Under the pieces are notes generated by a model. That model had not been told where the DNA came from. It made no database searches and saw only the letters and a list, made by a program, of their open reading frames with translations. This document shows positions 27,119-39,989 of a stretch of DNA of 64,000 nucleotides, one piece after another (within the stretch, counting starts at the first letter, position 1; the number at the start of each line of letters is the position of its first letter). The translations under genes were made by a program, and so were the position numbers. Origin of the DNA: Tubiluchus corallicola (taxonomy: Eukaryota; Animalia; Priapulida); contig JAQGDQ010000631.1 in the NCBI GenBank assembly GCA_030141605.1, positions 1 to 64,000 on the forward strand. The letters run 5' to 3'.

Positions 27119-28450
27119 TTAAGATCGCTTGTAAATGCTCCCATGGGAAGAGCTTCTAAATGTACCCATAGTTTTTTCCTTTAGTTCTTTTTCGTATTTT
27201 ACTTGTTGTCCTCCATTCGTTTCGGGATCTGCAGGTTGGCAGTTGCATTTCTTAATTTGCATAAAGAGACGATAATTGTTCTGCCAGTCTTTTAAAGGGC
27301 ACACGAGTATCCCTCCTGCAGTGACTGCCGAATAAAACGTGAAATTTGCATTGTAGTGGAGCACAGTGTACGACTCAGTTAGTGAACTGAGTACATCCTT
27401 TTCTGCTTCACTGTAACTCAAATCAACAAATGAGAACTTCATTAAGTTAGGCAATGTGTGATTCCAGAGCCTGCATTCTATTTTACATTTATTCCTGCAC
27501 TCTGTGTTAATTCCTCCTTTCTCCACACAGTTCTTCTCACATGTTGATTGACAATAGTCGTAATCTTTAACTGGAGAATGCCGGCTTCTTCTGGTGGGTC
27601 TTTTCTTCTTTCTGGATTTGCATATTGCTATGCAGTTGGTTTGACATACTTCCGGGTCGTGAGTAGCATCACACAGACTTGCACACTCTCCCAAGCAATC
27701 TTCAAATGACGTTGGAGAAACTGTTGTTGTTCTTGTTGTTGGCAAGGTCACTGTTGTCGTTCTTGTTGTTGGTAAGCTGACTGTTGTTGTTCTTGTGGGC
27801 AAGAAAGTTGTTCTGTTCAGCTCATAAGGTTGACAGTTTTGTGAACAATTTCTTCTGCATTTCCGTTCTTCACTACATATCATATCATCAATACATGGAC
27901 CAGCACAATAGCAGTAACATTTATATTTCTCCACGCAAGTCTTTTTGCAATCTGGCGCACACATGTATTCTGGTTACTCGTTTCTGCACATCGGTCTGTG
28001 CAGATAGAATGACATTTTTCATTCTGTTCTTCTCACACTGTACTATTTTCGTGCAGCTACGTTCGCTAGAAGCTTCACAATCTTGTTTACATTCAGCGTG
28101 CTCGCGTCTTCCTTTCACTTTCTCACAAATTGGTCTGTATTCAAGGGTCAGCCTTCTCACACAAACGCAATGATGATTCGTACAATCTTCCTTACACTTT
28201 TTACTTGTATCCTTACAGTCATTCTTACAAGTTTCATTATTCTTACATTTGTTTATACAGTCTTGCTCCGTATTCTTACACCTGTCCTCACAGAAGCATC
28301 GACACCTAATAGCTTTCGGATGCTCGTATCCGGGACAAAAATGTTCAGCACAGCGCCTAAAACAGTGCTTAAATGCGCGCTTCTGTCTCTTACATTTAGG
28401 TCCACACTCGGTGTGAAGGATTTTAGGTTGTACTTCAGTGTTCTTTCATT
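27119..28450 (-). pseudogene. Cys-rich/Thr-rich gene, copy 2 (duplication unit 26298-28734)
   Basis: Reverse-complement homologue of copy 1 that keeps the C-terminal region to 27119; 1-nt deletion (~28020) and 2-nt insertion (~27957) relative to copy 1. Confidence 0.7.
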
Positions 28451-29593
28451 CTGTAAACCCCCCCCCCCTATACTGTCCTTTTTAACTGCATTCATGTATG
28501 TATGTCTTGACTTGGCTTCTTTCTGTCATGCTCTACTGACAGAGCTAGTTTACCTGCCTAGTTGGCAGTCTGTTCTTGGCTAAGAGAGTTGTTGTTGTTT
28601 TGTCTCAGTTAAACCATTTATTTGTCATGAATAGTAGAGCCATGATGTAAGTTTATTTTGATTATTCAGTCTCACTTTATTTATAATTTCCTTGTTTCCT
28701 TTTTGGCTCAAATTAGTTTGTTATATTTTCTTATAGGACAATTTTAATAAAAACAAAAGTAAAAACAATGCTAAGTAAGTTAATTAAAAGTTAAAAATAG
28801 CCTTACAATGATAACACTGATAACAAACATATAAGAAAACAATGGTAAAGACGACAAAGTCAGATAAACAAAGGATAATAATGTTATCATAATGTTAGCT
28901 TAATCTTATCATATCTATGACATTCTAGAAAATAGTGTTTAGAATCTTTAACTTGTCAACAACATAAACAACATCGTTTCCTTTCTACATGTTTCTTAAC
29001 AAAATCATTAATTTGTTTGCAGTGCACTGTCAGCTTTGATGTTTTAATGCAAGAGTTAAATGTTCAGTGACTGTCGTGTTACGTGCAACGAACGCACATG
29101 AAAAAAGTTCATCTATTGCAGTCCCACAATTCAATCTCAGGGTGATTTTCAGAAAAAAATCGTTTATCTTTATCTCATTATGTCGGAAAAGGAAAGTTGG
29201 ACCCAGGGACGCAAAAAAAAAACATTTGTGGCTTCAGCCACGAAACAAATGATCAAAACATTAAAAGGGCAGGACGTCAGAAGATTTTTTTGCCTCCGTG
29301 AGCTACAACTACTTGCTCTGTCACTGAACTTAGAACAAGTACAATAAACAAAATTGACCCTCACTGTAGCAGGATATTGTGCCAGTGACTTCATACGTTT
29401 ATTAAGATTCAAATTAGGTCAAAATCTCTATTAATTTTTGCTTTAAAAATCACAAAGCCTGTAACACTGTGACACATTAACAAGCAAATGTCAACAAAAA
29501 CTCGGATTACAACAAACATCAATTAAAATTAATTTACAGGTGGATTAAGATCCATTGTAAATGCTCCCATGGGAAGAGCTTCTAAATGTACCC

Positions 29594-30910
29594 CTACTTT
29601 TTCTCCTTTAGTTCTTTTTCGTATTTTACTTGTTGTCCTCCATTCATTTCGGGATCTGCAGGTTGGCAGTTGCATTTCTTAATTTGCATAAAGAGACGAT
29701 AATTGTTCTGCCAGTCTTTTAAAGGGCACACGAGTATCCCTCCTGCAGTGACTGCTGAATAAAACGTGAAATTTGCATTGTAGTGAAACACAGTGTACGA
29801 CTCAGTTTGTGAACTGAGTACATCCTTTTCTGCTTCACTGTAACTCAAATCAACAAATGAGAACTTCATTAAGTTAGGCAATGTGTGATTCTAGAGCCTG
29901 CATTCTATTTTACATTTATTCCTGCACTCTGTGTCAATTCCGCCTTTCTCCACACAGTTCTTCTCACATGTTGATTGACAATAGTCGTAATCTTTAACTG
30001 GAGAATGCCGGCGTCTTCTGGTGGGTCTTTTCTTCTTTCTGGATTTGCATACTGCTATGCAGTTGGTTTGACATGCTTCCGGATCGTGAGTAGCATCACA
30101 CAGACTTGCACAGTCTCCCAAGCATTCTTCAAATGACGTAGGAGAAACTGTTGTTGTTGTTCTTGTTGTTGGTAAGCTCACTGTTGTTGTTCTTGTTGTT
30201 GGTAAGCTCACTGTTGTTGTTCTTGTTGTTGGTAAGCTCACTGTTGTTGTTCTTGTGGGCAATAGAGTTGTTCTGTTCAGCTCATAAGGTTGACAGTTTT
30301 GTGAACAATTTCTTCTGCATTTCCGTTCTTCACTACACTTCATATCATCAACACATGGACCAGCACAATAGCAGTAACATTTATATTTCTCCACGCAAGT
30401 CTTTTTGCAATCTGGCGCACACATGTATTCTGGTTACTCGTTTCTGCACATCGGTCTGTGCAGATGGAATGACATTTTTCATTCTGTTCTTCTCACACTG
30501 TACTATTTTCGTGCAGCTACGTTCGCTAGAAGCTTCACAATCTTGTTTACATTCAGCGTGCTCGCGTCTTCCTTTCACTTTCTCACAAATTGGTCTGTAT
30601 TCAAGGGTCAGCCTTCTCACACAAACGCAATGATGATTCGTACAATCTTCCTTACACATTTCACTTGTATCCTTACAGTCATTCTTACACGTTTCATTAT
30701 TCTTACATTTGTTTATACAGTCTTGCTCCGTATTCTTACACCTGTCCTCACAGAAGCATCGACACCTAATATCTTTTGGATGCTTGTATCCGGGACAAAA
30801 ATGTTCAGCACAGCGCCTAAAACAATGCTTAAACGCGCGCTTCTGTCTCTTACATTTAGGTCCACACTCGGTGTGAAGGATTTTAGGTTGTACTTCAGTG
30901 TTCTTTCATT
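29594..30910 (-). pseudogene. Cys-rich/Thr-rich gene, copy 3 (duplication unit 28735-31423)
   Basis: Tandem duplicate of copy 2 (aggacaattttaataaaaac at 26298 and 28735); same two indels plus TGG->TAG at ~29891. Confidence 0.72.
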
Positions 30911-31884
30911 CTGTAAACCCCCCTCCCCCTATACTGTCCTTTTTAACTGCATTCATGTATGTATGTCTTGACTTGGCTTCTTTCTGTCATGCTCTACTGA
31001 CAGAAGTAGCTTACCTGGTCTGTTGGCAGTCTGTTCTTGGCTAAGAGAGTTGTTGTTGTTTGTCTCACTTAAACCATTTATTTGTCAAGAGTAGTAGAGT
31101 CATGATGTAAGTTTATTTTGATTATTCAGTCTGACTTTATTATTAATTTCTTTGTTTCCTTTTTGGGCTCAAATTAGTTTGTTATATTTTTTATGATTTT
31201 TCTTACAGATAAAACGTAATAAAGCTACTCAAACATGAATTTTTTTGACTTTGGGCATCATGAAGTAGTAGTCTCTCACACATGGATTGCTGCTAGATGG
31301 CAGCACGTGAGCTTTTGTGTTGTTATAATAACGCGGCCACGTGTCAGCTCTTTGCTGTTTCATTTGAAGTGAAAAGTTGGCAGGAAGAAGTTCTTCCGAG
31401 TTGTAGAATCCCAAAATATGCATTAAACGACCATGTCCTTGAAGAATTATTATAAATTTATAATTTTGTTTTTTAGTTTATTGATTTGTTGGCATCTGTA
31501 TAATTAACAATTGAATAATGATCTAAAACAGCGTATATTATTTGTTTCATTAGATTGACTCACCTCTTAACCGATATTGTCAATACTGTACTGCCATCTG
31601 TCGGGAGTTTCTGCCATAAACTATGGTTAACAAGAACATGCTTGGTTAATACTCTTTTTAATTTCGAAAGTGAATTTCGTTCGTTCATTCATGTGTAAAC
31701 TTTGAAATTAGCTAACTCACATTCTTGCACTAAGAACGTGACCCGGAAAGAGCTAGAGACATTTTATGCCACTCCTTACAAACGACTCGGGTTCGAAGCT
31801 GGGTTTTGACAATTTTTGCTGTATTGTTTTCAACGATGCTTTTACTTTTTGCACCGATGACAAAGTAAAATCACATCAAACAAA

Positions 31885-32370
31885 GTAAGACGAGACGAGA
31901 CGAGACAAATCAAGGCAAGGCAAAACAAGACAAGACAAGACAAGACAACGCAAGACAAAACGAAAAGCAAACAAAGCAAGCCAAGACAAGACAACACAAA
32001 ACAAAGTAAACCAAACAAAGTGAGCAAAGCAAAGCAAAACAAAACAAAACAAAACAAGCCAAGACAAGACAACACAAAACAAAGAAAACCAAACAAAGTG
32101 AGCAAAGCAAAACAAAACAAAACAAAACAAAACAAAACAAAACAAAACAAGGCAACACAAAACAAAATAAACCAAACAAAGTGAGCAAAGCAAAACCAAA
32201 CAAAACGAAACGAAACGAAACAGAACTTAAATAAAGAAAAATAAAATGAAATGAAATGAAATAAAATAAAATAAAAGTGAAACAAAACAACAAAACAAAA
32301 CAAAACAAAGTAAAACAAAACAAAACAAAACAAAACTTAAATAAGTAAGATAAAAACAAAACCAAAATCA
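31885..32370. repeat. Low-complexity pentanucleotide (ACAAA/ACAAG) repeats
   Basis: Read directly. Confidence 0.9.
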
Positions 32371-32536
32371 AATGGAAATCAAATCCAATAAATTGCACTG
32401 ACATAAATCAAATATAATGAAATACACCATGTCCTCTATTATAACGTACACAAAAATGTCTACCTCGAAGCTACTATAAAATGTAGGCTACGTAGCATTC
32501 TTACACCAATTAAATGACATGTGTGTCATATCTTAA

Positions 32537-32928
32537 CCCTTTCAGTCCCAAATTATTTTTTTATAAGAAAAAAAATTTTGGCTTGATAGTTTTGTTCAAT
32601 ATGTCCATCTTGTTTAAAAACACAACAAAAGCAAAAAATGTGCTTCATTTTGCAACTGCTGATAATTTTTTATTTAAAGTATTTAAGACATTTAGTATGC
32701 ACGCTATGCTGATCTGTACAAAGTCTCTAAAGTACTGTGTACCTTGCGCAGTTTTTATGCTATGTAGATTTTCTAGTTTGCCATTTTATCACCATCTATA
32801 GTCTATTGTTATTGGCTTAAATCAAAATAACTATTAACAGATCAAATAACTATCAGTTTTAAAATTTTATTAGTTTTAAAGGCAGAAAATATTCTTGTAT
32901 CCCACGGGATACAATGGGCATGAAAGGG
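32537..32928. mobile_element. piggyBac-type MITE, copy 2 (inverted relative to copy 1, internally deleted)
   Basis: TTAA|ccctttcagtccc ... tgaaaggg|TTAA. Confidence 0.85.
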
Positions 32929-33170
32929 TTAAAATTACTATCAAAATGTTGAGTCAAAAATGACCTATAGGCATGATTATTTGAATCTCATCTGTTATCT
33001 CGTCTTTGTAATTTTATTACGGTCACCTCATCAACAGACCGTCCCATAAAACACGGTCAGATGATTTCATAATCATCGAACTCTCAGTCTAGACTGACTT
33101 GTGACTCGGCGATGTAGATTCTTTTCATTCTCGCTTTTTCGCTTTTATTTCTCGTGAGGAAATTCGCAAT

Positions 33171-33209
33171 ATGTCGTCTTCTATAGCCTTTCTGTCAACG
33201 ATTGTTTTG
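33171..33209 (+). CDS. Pentraxin-domain protein, exon 1 (start of signal peptide)
   Basis: MSSSIAFLSTIVL then donor g|gtaagt, phase 0; joined to exon 2 it completes a hydrophobic signal peptide. Confidence 0.62.
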
Positions 33210-33434
33210 GTAAGTAGCATCTTAATTTTTTTGTATCATTTGATTACGCGAGTCTGGGCAAACTTTTGTCGACTGCCAGGGTCGCATTTTTCTTGAGGGC
33301 CCTAGGCTAAACGCATCAGAGGGGTAACCAAATTTGGACCCTACTCCGGGTTTTTGCGATGGGCGCATATTAATGAAATATCCAGTGCAGACTTGGTACG
33401 ATGTTGCCTCAGTATTGCATACCAGATACTAATG

Positions 33435-33700
33435 AGCCTCCAGATACCCGTGGTCCCCAGGTACCTGTGAGCCCGGGATACACGTGGGCCCCAGGTACCT
33501 GTGAGCAACAATTACACGTGGGCCCCAGGTACCTGTGAGCCCCAGATACACGTGGGCCCCAGGTACCTGTGAGCCCCAGATACACGTGGGCCCCAGGTAC
33601 CTGTGAGCCCCAGATACACGTGGGCCCCAGGTACCTGTGAGCAGCCATTACCCGTGGGCCCCAGGTACCTGTGAACCCCAGATACCCGTGGGCTCCATAT
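33435..33700. repeat. ~34-bp GC-rich minisatellite (degenerate units also at 33845-34015)
   Basis: Unit cccagatacacgtgggccccaggtacctgtgagc. Confidence 0.9.
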
Positions 33701-34175
33701 TCCGGGTTCTATGCTTATTGTACAGTCGCCTTGATGATTTCGATGATTTTATCAAACGAAATATACTGTGTACACTTTGAGTAATGTTCTACAGTGACAT
33801 GCTGCTTGACAAATTGACTTCTGTGGCCCCCCCCCCCAGTCCCCGTGGGCCCCCAGATACCAGATATCGGTGCACCCTCAGATACCCGTGAGCTCCCAGA
33901 ACTCTTGGCTGTCAGGCACCAGTGGACCCCAGATATTAGTGGGCGCCTAGATACCTGTGAACCAGACACCTGTGGGCCCCAGTTACCCCTTGGCTCCCAG
34001 ATACCTGTGGGCCCGAGCCCAATAGTAAACTTGGCCTGTTGGTAAATCCAGCTTATGGACTTAAATATTGCAACGATGCTGGGAGGAGGAGGGAGGATTC
34101 GTCCCCAGGAGGTCTGATTGGTCACTCCCCTAGTCGGTTCATTCCCCGAGTTTCGTATGTCAAGTAGTCGAGGAC

Positions 34176-34210
34176 CTACCTACCTATCTATCTATCTATC
34201 TATCTGTCTA

Positions 34211-34268
<58 letters not shown>

Positions 34269-34312
34269 CGTCCGTCCGTCCGTCCGTCCGTCCATCATCC
34301 ATCCATCTATCT
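34176..34312. repeat. Compound TCTA/TCTG/TCCG microsatellite
   Basis: Read directly. Confidence 0.9.
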
Positions 34313-34712
34313 AGCTGAGCTTACTGATAGGTATCCTATAGACGCTTTGACAGAGAATAATTGAAAGTGTTAAAAGTTAATTTAGCGTGTCCATAAATCT
34401 GCCTTCAGGGCCTCAATTTGAATTAAATTATCGTCTCTGCCTAAGAAGATTATTCATAGTGAAACTTTTGACCTCAATACGAGACATAATATATGTATAA
34501 ATAATTTATCTGTAGTTTTCTACATTTTTATCATAATAATTTATTTAGAAAACCAAAATAAACTTTTTACGAAATTTCAAGACGAATTTTTTAAGCTTCG
34601 TGTAAGTGGAGGGATTTCTCGTGCTTTCAATAATAGAAGATTAAAGAAAACTTAACTTTTTTAACTTTTTTAACTTTTTCATTGAACTTTTTCCATTTCT
34701 TTTGTTTTCCAG

Positions 34713-34785
34713 GTTTTGCTTTACATAAGATACAGTAAGTCACAGGAAGACGGTTTAGAGAGTGGCTATTCTATGCTAAATGCAG
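34713..34785 (+). CDS. Pentraxin-domain protein, exon 2
   Basis: Acceptor ttttgttttccag; VLLYIRYSKSQEDGLESGYSMLNA; donor cag|gtaaaa, phase 1. Confidence 0.65.
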
Positions 34786-34861
34786 GTAAAATACCTTTTA
34801 CTTTTTATTTTTATTATTATTATATATTATATTATATATATATATATATTTTTTATATTTA

Positions 34862-35645
34862 GGGAATTGACATACAACAGTTGTATTACAGATCGGAGTT
34901 TTTCCACTGTGCAACAAATACATTTTAGTTGAGAAAAGATATATACAACTGGTTATCAAGGACGTAGTTACATAGTTAGTTCAAAAACACAAGTAATTCA
35001 TTAGTTGGTACTTAAAATTTATATATATGTTCTCAACTAAAATGTATTTTTACACAGTGGAAAAACTTCGGTCAGTAATTATTACTATATGTCAATCCAC
35101 TTAAAATGAATGAAGTTTATATATATATATATAAATTTTAAGTACCAACTAATGAATTACTAATATTTATATATTCATCAGATAACACTTAAAATTTAAA
35201 TATACAATTATTTATAATAATATCTGATACATAAAATACAAGACAAAATACTAAAATTCATTTCTAAATATCATTCAATGAACACACAAACAGCAGCCCG
35301 TGACGCGTATTGAAATCTTACTAGGTCTAAAAATGTTTTGAAAACAAAAGTTTTCAATAATTTCACTAAAACAAAAAACAGAATGCGAAAATGATATCTG
35401 ATTTTGTATATCTAATAGGATGATACACATTAATAACTGTTTCCGGTATTACTTCCGTACTCTGTGAACTTTGTATATTTCAATTTTAAGTGTTAACTAA
35501 TGAATTACTTGTGTTTTTGAACTAACTATCTATGTAACGATATTCTTGGTACCCAGTTGTATATATCTGTTCTCAGCTAAAATGTAGTTGTTACACAGTG
35601 GATAAACTCCGATCAGTAAATATTACTGTATGTTAATCCACTCAA
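34862..35645. repeat. Imperfect inverted repeat (~160-bp arms, with a partial internal copy)
   Basis: 34862-35020 is the reverse complement of 35480-35642; partial copy at 35020-35160. Confidence 0.65.
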
Positions 35646-35985
35646 AATAAATAAAGTTTATATATATTATGTAATTTTTAGAATGGTTGTGTACAGTTGT
35701 ACAGTATTTTGATGTTGAAGTTGAAAAAGGAATTATACGCCCAGGGTGCAATTTACATGTGAACTTGTGTCGTGATAATTTGATTCTAAATAATTTTGCT
35801 ATTATTTTGTTAAATAAATTTCTTTGGTCACTAAGCTAACTGGATTAAAAAATTTAGGTAATTGATATGTTAGTTAAGCAAACAGATACTGAAAGTTGTA
35901 AATAAGATACGTAAATACTTTTAAGTGTATAGTCTTGCAAATAGAGGGCGCATGTGTGTATACATATATGCTCAAAATAAATCGT

Positions 35986-36688
<703 letters not shown>

Positions 36689-36900
36689 TAAGGATGAAGA
36701 TCAAAAACGTCTTTTGTAGCAGAAAACTTTGCTGTTGTTTCTCTTTTGCGCTTGTCAAATGTCCAGCAAAATTTATCAAAAAGTCTGGAAAGGAAGAAAA
36801 ATCATGAACCAGCAGTGTAATTTACCTACCTACATTTGATTTTAAATATTGCATAATTAGCAGAATGGTTATGATAGCGGCATAATTATATTTGTCACAG

Positions 36901-37116
36901 TTAAGTGGTGTTTATCTAGAATGCGGATGCATTTTGGGGGATGAGGAATAGATAAAATCGGTTTATATTTTTCAATGACCTCGTTTATGCAGCTGCGTAT
37001 ACGTTATTCTTTTTCCGCGGGCTTTACCGCATCTGTTCCACATAGAAAACGCATCCGCATCTGGTCCGCTGAAAGAAAACGCATCCGCGTCCGCATGCTA
37101 CATAAATGCCACTTAA
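36901..37116. mobile_element. Harbinger/PIF-like MITE; related copies at 56095-56535
   Basis: Inverted ends ttaagtggtgtttat ... ataaatgccacttaa; internal gcggatgc/gcatccgc and aatagataaaatcggtttat are shared with the 56.1 kb copies. Superfamily is inferred. Confidence 0.6.
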
Positions 37117-37161
37117 GTCTGCAGCTCTAGATGATGGGTTTCTCAATAAAAACGCCATACC

Positions 37162-37842
37162 ATGAAGTTTCATAGAATTTCTAGGTCTAACTCCGCTCTA
37201 CTGGCCTTCATGCGCGAATTATGTGCGGTGGTGGGAGTGGTGGTGGTGGTTGTATTATTTTGCGTTTTCCGTAACGAGAACGTCGACGGAAACGTCTTCC
37301 GTAACGAGAACGTCGACCAGAACGTCTTCCATAACGAGAACGTCGATGGGAACGTCTTCCGTAACGAGAACGTCGACCAGAACGTATTCCGTAACGAGAA
37401 CGTCGACCAGAACGTCTTCCGTAACGAGAACGTCGACCAGACCGTCTTCCGTAACGAGAACGTCGACCAGACCGTCTTCCGTAACGAGAACGTCGACGGG
37501 AAGGAGAGCGCCGACGGGAACGTCTTCCGTAACGAGAACGTCGACGGGAAGGAGAGCGCCGACGGGAACGTCTTCCATAACGAGAACGTCGACGGGAAGG
37601 AGAGCGCCGACGGGAACGTCTTCCATAACGAGAACGTCGACGGGAAGGAGAGCGCCGACAGGAACGTCTTCCGTAACGAGAACGTCGACCAGAACGTCTT
37701 CCGTAACGAGAACGTCGACCAGAACGTATTCCGTAACGACAACGTCGACCAGACCGTCTTCCGTAACGAGAACGTCGACGAGAACGTCAACAGGAACGTC
37801 TACCAGAACCTCGTCTCTCACTGCGAGAACGTGAGACTGTAA
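37162..37842 (+). CDS. Putative intronless Asn/Asp-rich repeat protein (226 aa) nested in pentraxin intron 2
   Basis: accATG context; hydrophobic segment LCAVVGVVVVVVLFCV; ~15 (V)F[R/H]NENVD[Q/G] repeats; several inter-unit changes are synonymous in this frame; AATAAA at ~37906. Confidence 0.5.
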   Translation: MKFHRISRSNSALLAFMRELCAVVGVVVVVVLFCVFRNENVDGNVFRNENVDQNVFHNENVDGNVFRNENVDQNVFRNENVDQNVFRNENVDQTVFRNENVDQTVFRNENVDGKESADGNVFRNENVDGKESADGNVFHNENVDGKESADGNVFHNENVDGKESADRNVFRNENVDQNVFRNENVDQNVFRNDNVDQTVFRNENVDENVNRNVYQNLVSHCENVRL

Positions 37843-38781
37843 AGCAAAGTTCATAATAATTTGCACTAAATTGTTAATTAATTTAAGTGTCAGTTAAGTA
37901 ATTCTAATAAATATCGTAGGCCTTAATCAACTATAGTTTATTTACTTTTTGAAGCTGTATAAACAACCCGTGTCTGCTTACCAGCCATGTCCTTGTTTTA
38001 CTCGATAAAGGGAGCTGCCAATCTTAGCGATTAATTCAATTCAATTTTATTTTCTCAATAGCAGTTAAAATCCGACATAATTATTTTTATATTTCTTTGC
38101 AACTGAGAAAGAGTAGCAGCGAAAGACTTATTGGTCACTTGGTCAGCTGCCCCTTGTGATACAAAGAGACAAGATCGGTTAAATACCGCTTGGGATTTTT
38201 TTCTTTACCCTGGCCCACACACAGTAATTTATTACCAATGATTACTGATTTAAACTCTCCGTTGTGGCATGTTTCTGTTCGAGAGTCGTAAACTTTATAA
38301 GGCAATGTCTTATATCACTAAACGTATCGGTATCTTTGTAAAATCGTTAGCAATGATGTCAGAACCTCAACTGATTTTAACTTAAAATATTCAAGCGGTT
38401 CACTGGGGATTAGTAATAGTACTACTTTACTGTCATCAAAATTAAAAGTATCTGATTTTATGAAAGGATAAATTAATAGTGCAAACATAGAAACCATTAT
38501 TAACGGAAATATTATTAAGGAATCATTGGTAGCGGAGTACTTAACGCTGGGCTTCACAATAGCCAGTTAGCTATATTAGTAGATAATCTTGCAACAGTGT
38601 AAAGTCATTACTGATTTGGTCTTCTATGTAGGCCTAGTGTGCAAATATTTTAAATAAATATGTAAATATCAGTACTTAGTTTTTTTCAACTAATCCATTC
38701 ATAAATTATCATTAATATTATTTTATTTACTAACTATTAGAAAGTCACATTTATCTAATGAATTGTATGAGATAAAGATAA

Positions 38782-38821
<40 letters not shown>

Positions 38822-39409
38822 TATATATATCATTATAGACGTATATGTATATGTATATGTATATTGTATCTTGTATAATTGCTTTTCTGTTAAGCTAGGT
38901 GCTGATCCAGCCTCACAATCGATGCCATACTAATCCCTGCATTTGATGGAGTGCACGGATAATGGCTTGCAGCCTCCACATAGGGCGTGTAAGGCATGCT
39001 GATGTCCAATTTACACTCGTGTTACATTCATTAGATGGCTTAAATTTTCTGCTTAAAATAAGTATGACAACACTGATTGCAAAAATTATCACAACATTTA
39101 TAATAATTACGATACAATTTCACAGGTTTTTCACATAATTGCAATACAATAAAACCAAAAAAATGCTTTAAGCCAAAACTTTATTAATTTTTTTAACAAA
39201 GTTTAACAATTTCGTGCAAGTATGAAAGGTTGATTTTCCACTGAAGCTAAGCTCATCTGACGTCACAGTAATGATGAAGATCGAAAACTTTTTGTGGCAG
39301 AAACTTTTTCCCTTCTGCTTGTAAATTTGTCATTTCAATTTTACTAGGGAGAATTTTCATCAATATTTCTGAAAAAGAAAAAAAATCATGTGTTAGTAAG
39401 GTGCTCTAA

Positions 39410-39610
39410 GTGCGATTTAAAATTTTGAATAATGGCATCATAATTGATGAGACGAAAAATATGAAACAGAAAGCAATATATTGTTTTATCAAAGATAAAT
39501 CAATTCTCGCCAGCAAGAAACTTTCCCTCAAAACAAATTTGCGACTTCTCAGCGCATTTGCAACCAGTATCTTCATGTACAATAGTAAAATGTTGTGTTT
39601 GACTGCAACA
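39410..39610 (+). mobile_element. Degenerate LINE (RTE-like) ORF fragment
   Basis: KKLSLKTNLRLLSAFATSIFMYNS resembles the region just after the RT domain in RTE-clade LINEs. Confidence 0.5.
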
Positions 39611-39716
39611 CCGGAAATGATAATAAATTACGACACAATTTCATACATCATTGTAAGTCAAAATAAATAACCTGCAGTTTCAATTCAACAAATATTCTCA
39701 GTAAGGCTGCCATACC

Positions 39717-39989
39717 GTGAAGTTTTGCAGAGCTTGTATTTCAGCATCGATAGTAAGGCCTAGTAAGGCGGTAGCCCTCCAGGCCAAGGCCTTCGTCTTA
39801 TCCGTCTTTTTGGTCGACGGGAAGGACGGCGCCGACTGGAACGTCTTCCATAACGAGAACGTCGGGGAGAACTTCCTCCATAATGAGAACGTGGACGGGA
39901 AGGACGGCGCCGACGGGAACGTCTTCCATAACGAGAACGCCGACGGGAACGTCTTCCATAACGAGAACGTCGGCGAGAACGGCGACTGA
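39717..39989 (+). pseudogene. Paralogue of the NENVD-repeat ORF (GTG instead of ATG, fewer repeats)
   Basis: ccataccGTGaagttt versus ccataccATGaagttt; FHNENVDGKDGADG repeats; ~200 bp of 3' flank nearly identical (40000-40209 versus 37805-38012). Confidence 0.5.

Noticed and set aside
35170-35190. CTGATGA on the minus strand as a hammerhead ribozyme core
   Set aside because: No suitably placed GAAA or flanking stems were found by eye.
35682-35770. Possible extra pentraxin exon (EWLCTVVQYFDVEVEKGIIRPGC)
   Set aside because: The acceptor is plausible, but no good phase-1 donor was found and exons 2 and 3 already join in frame; cannot be excluded without RNA data.
37170-37866. Alternative frames of the NENVD repeat (SSVTRTSTR; minus-strand EDVLVDVLVT and FSLRKTF)
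   Set aside because: The ATG context, hydrophobic leader, polyA signal and synonymous pattern favour the 37162 frame.
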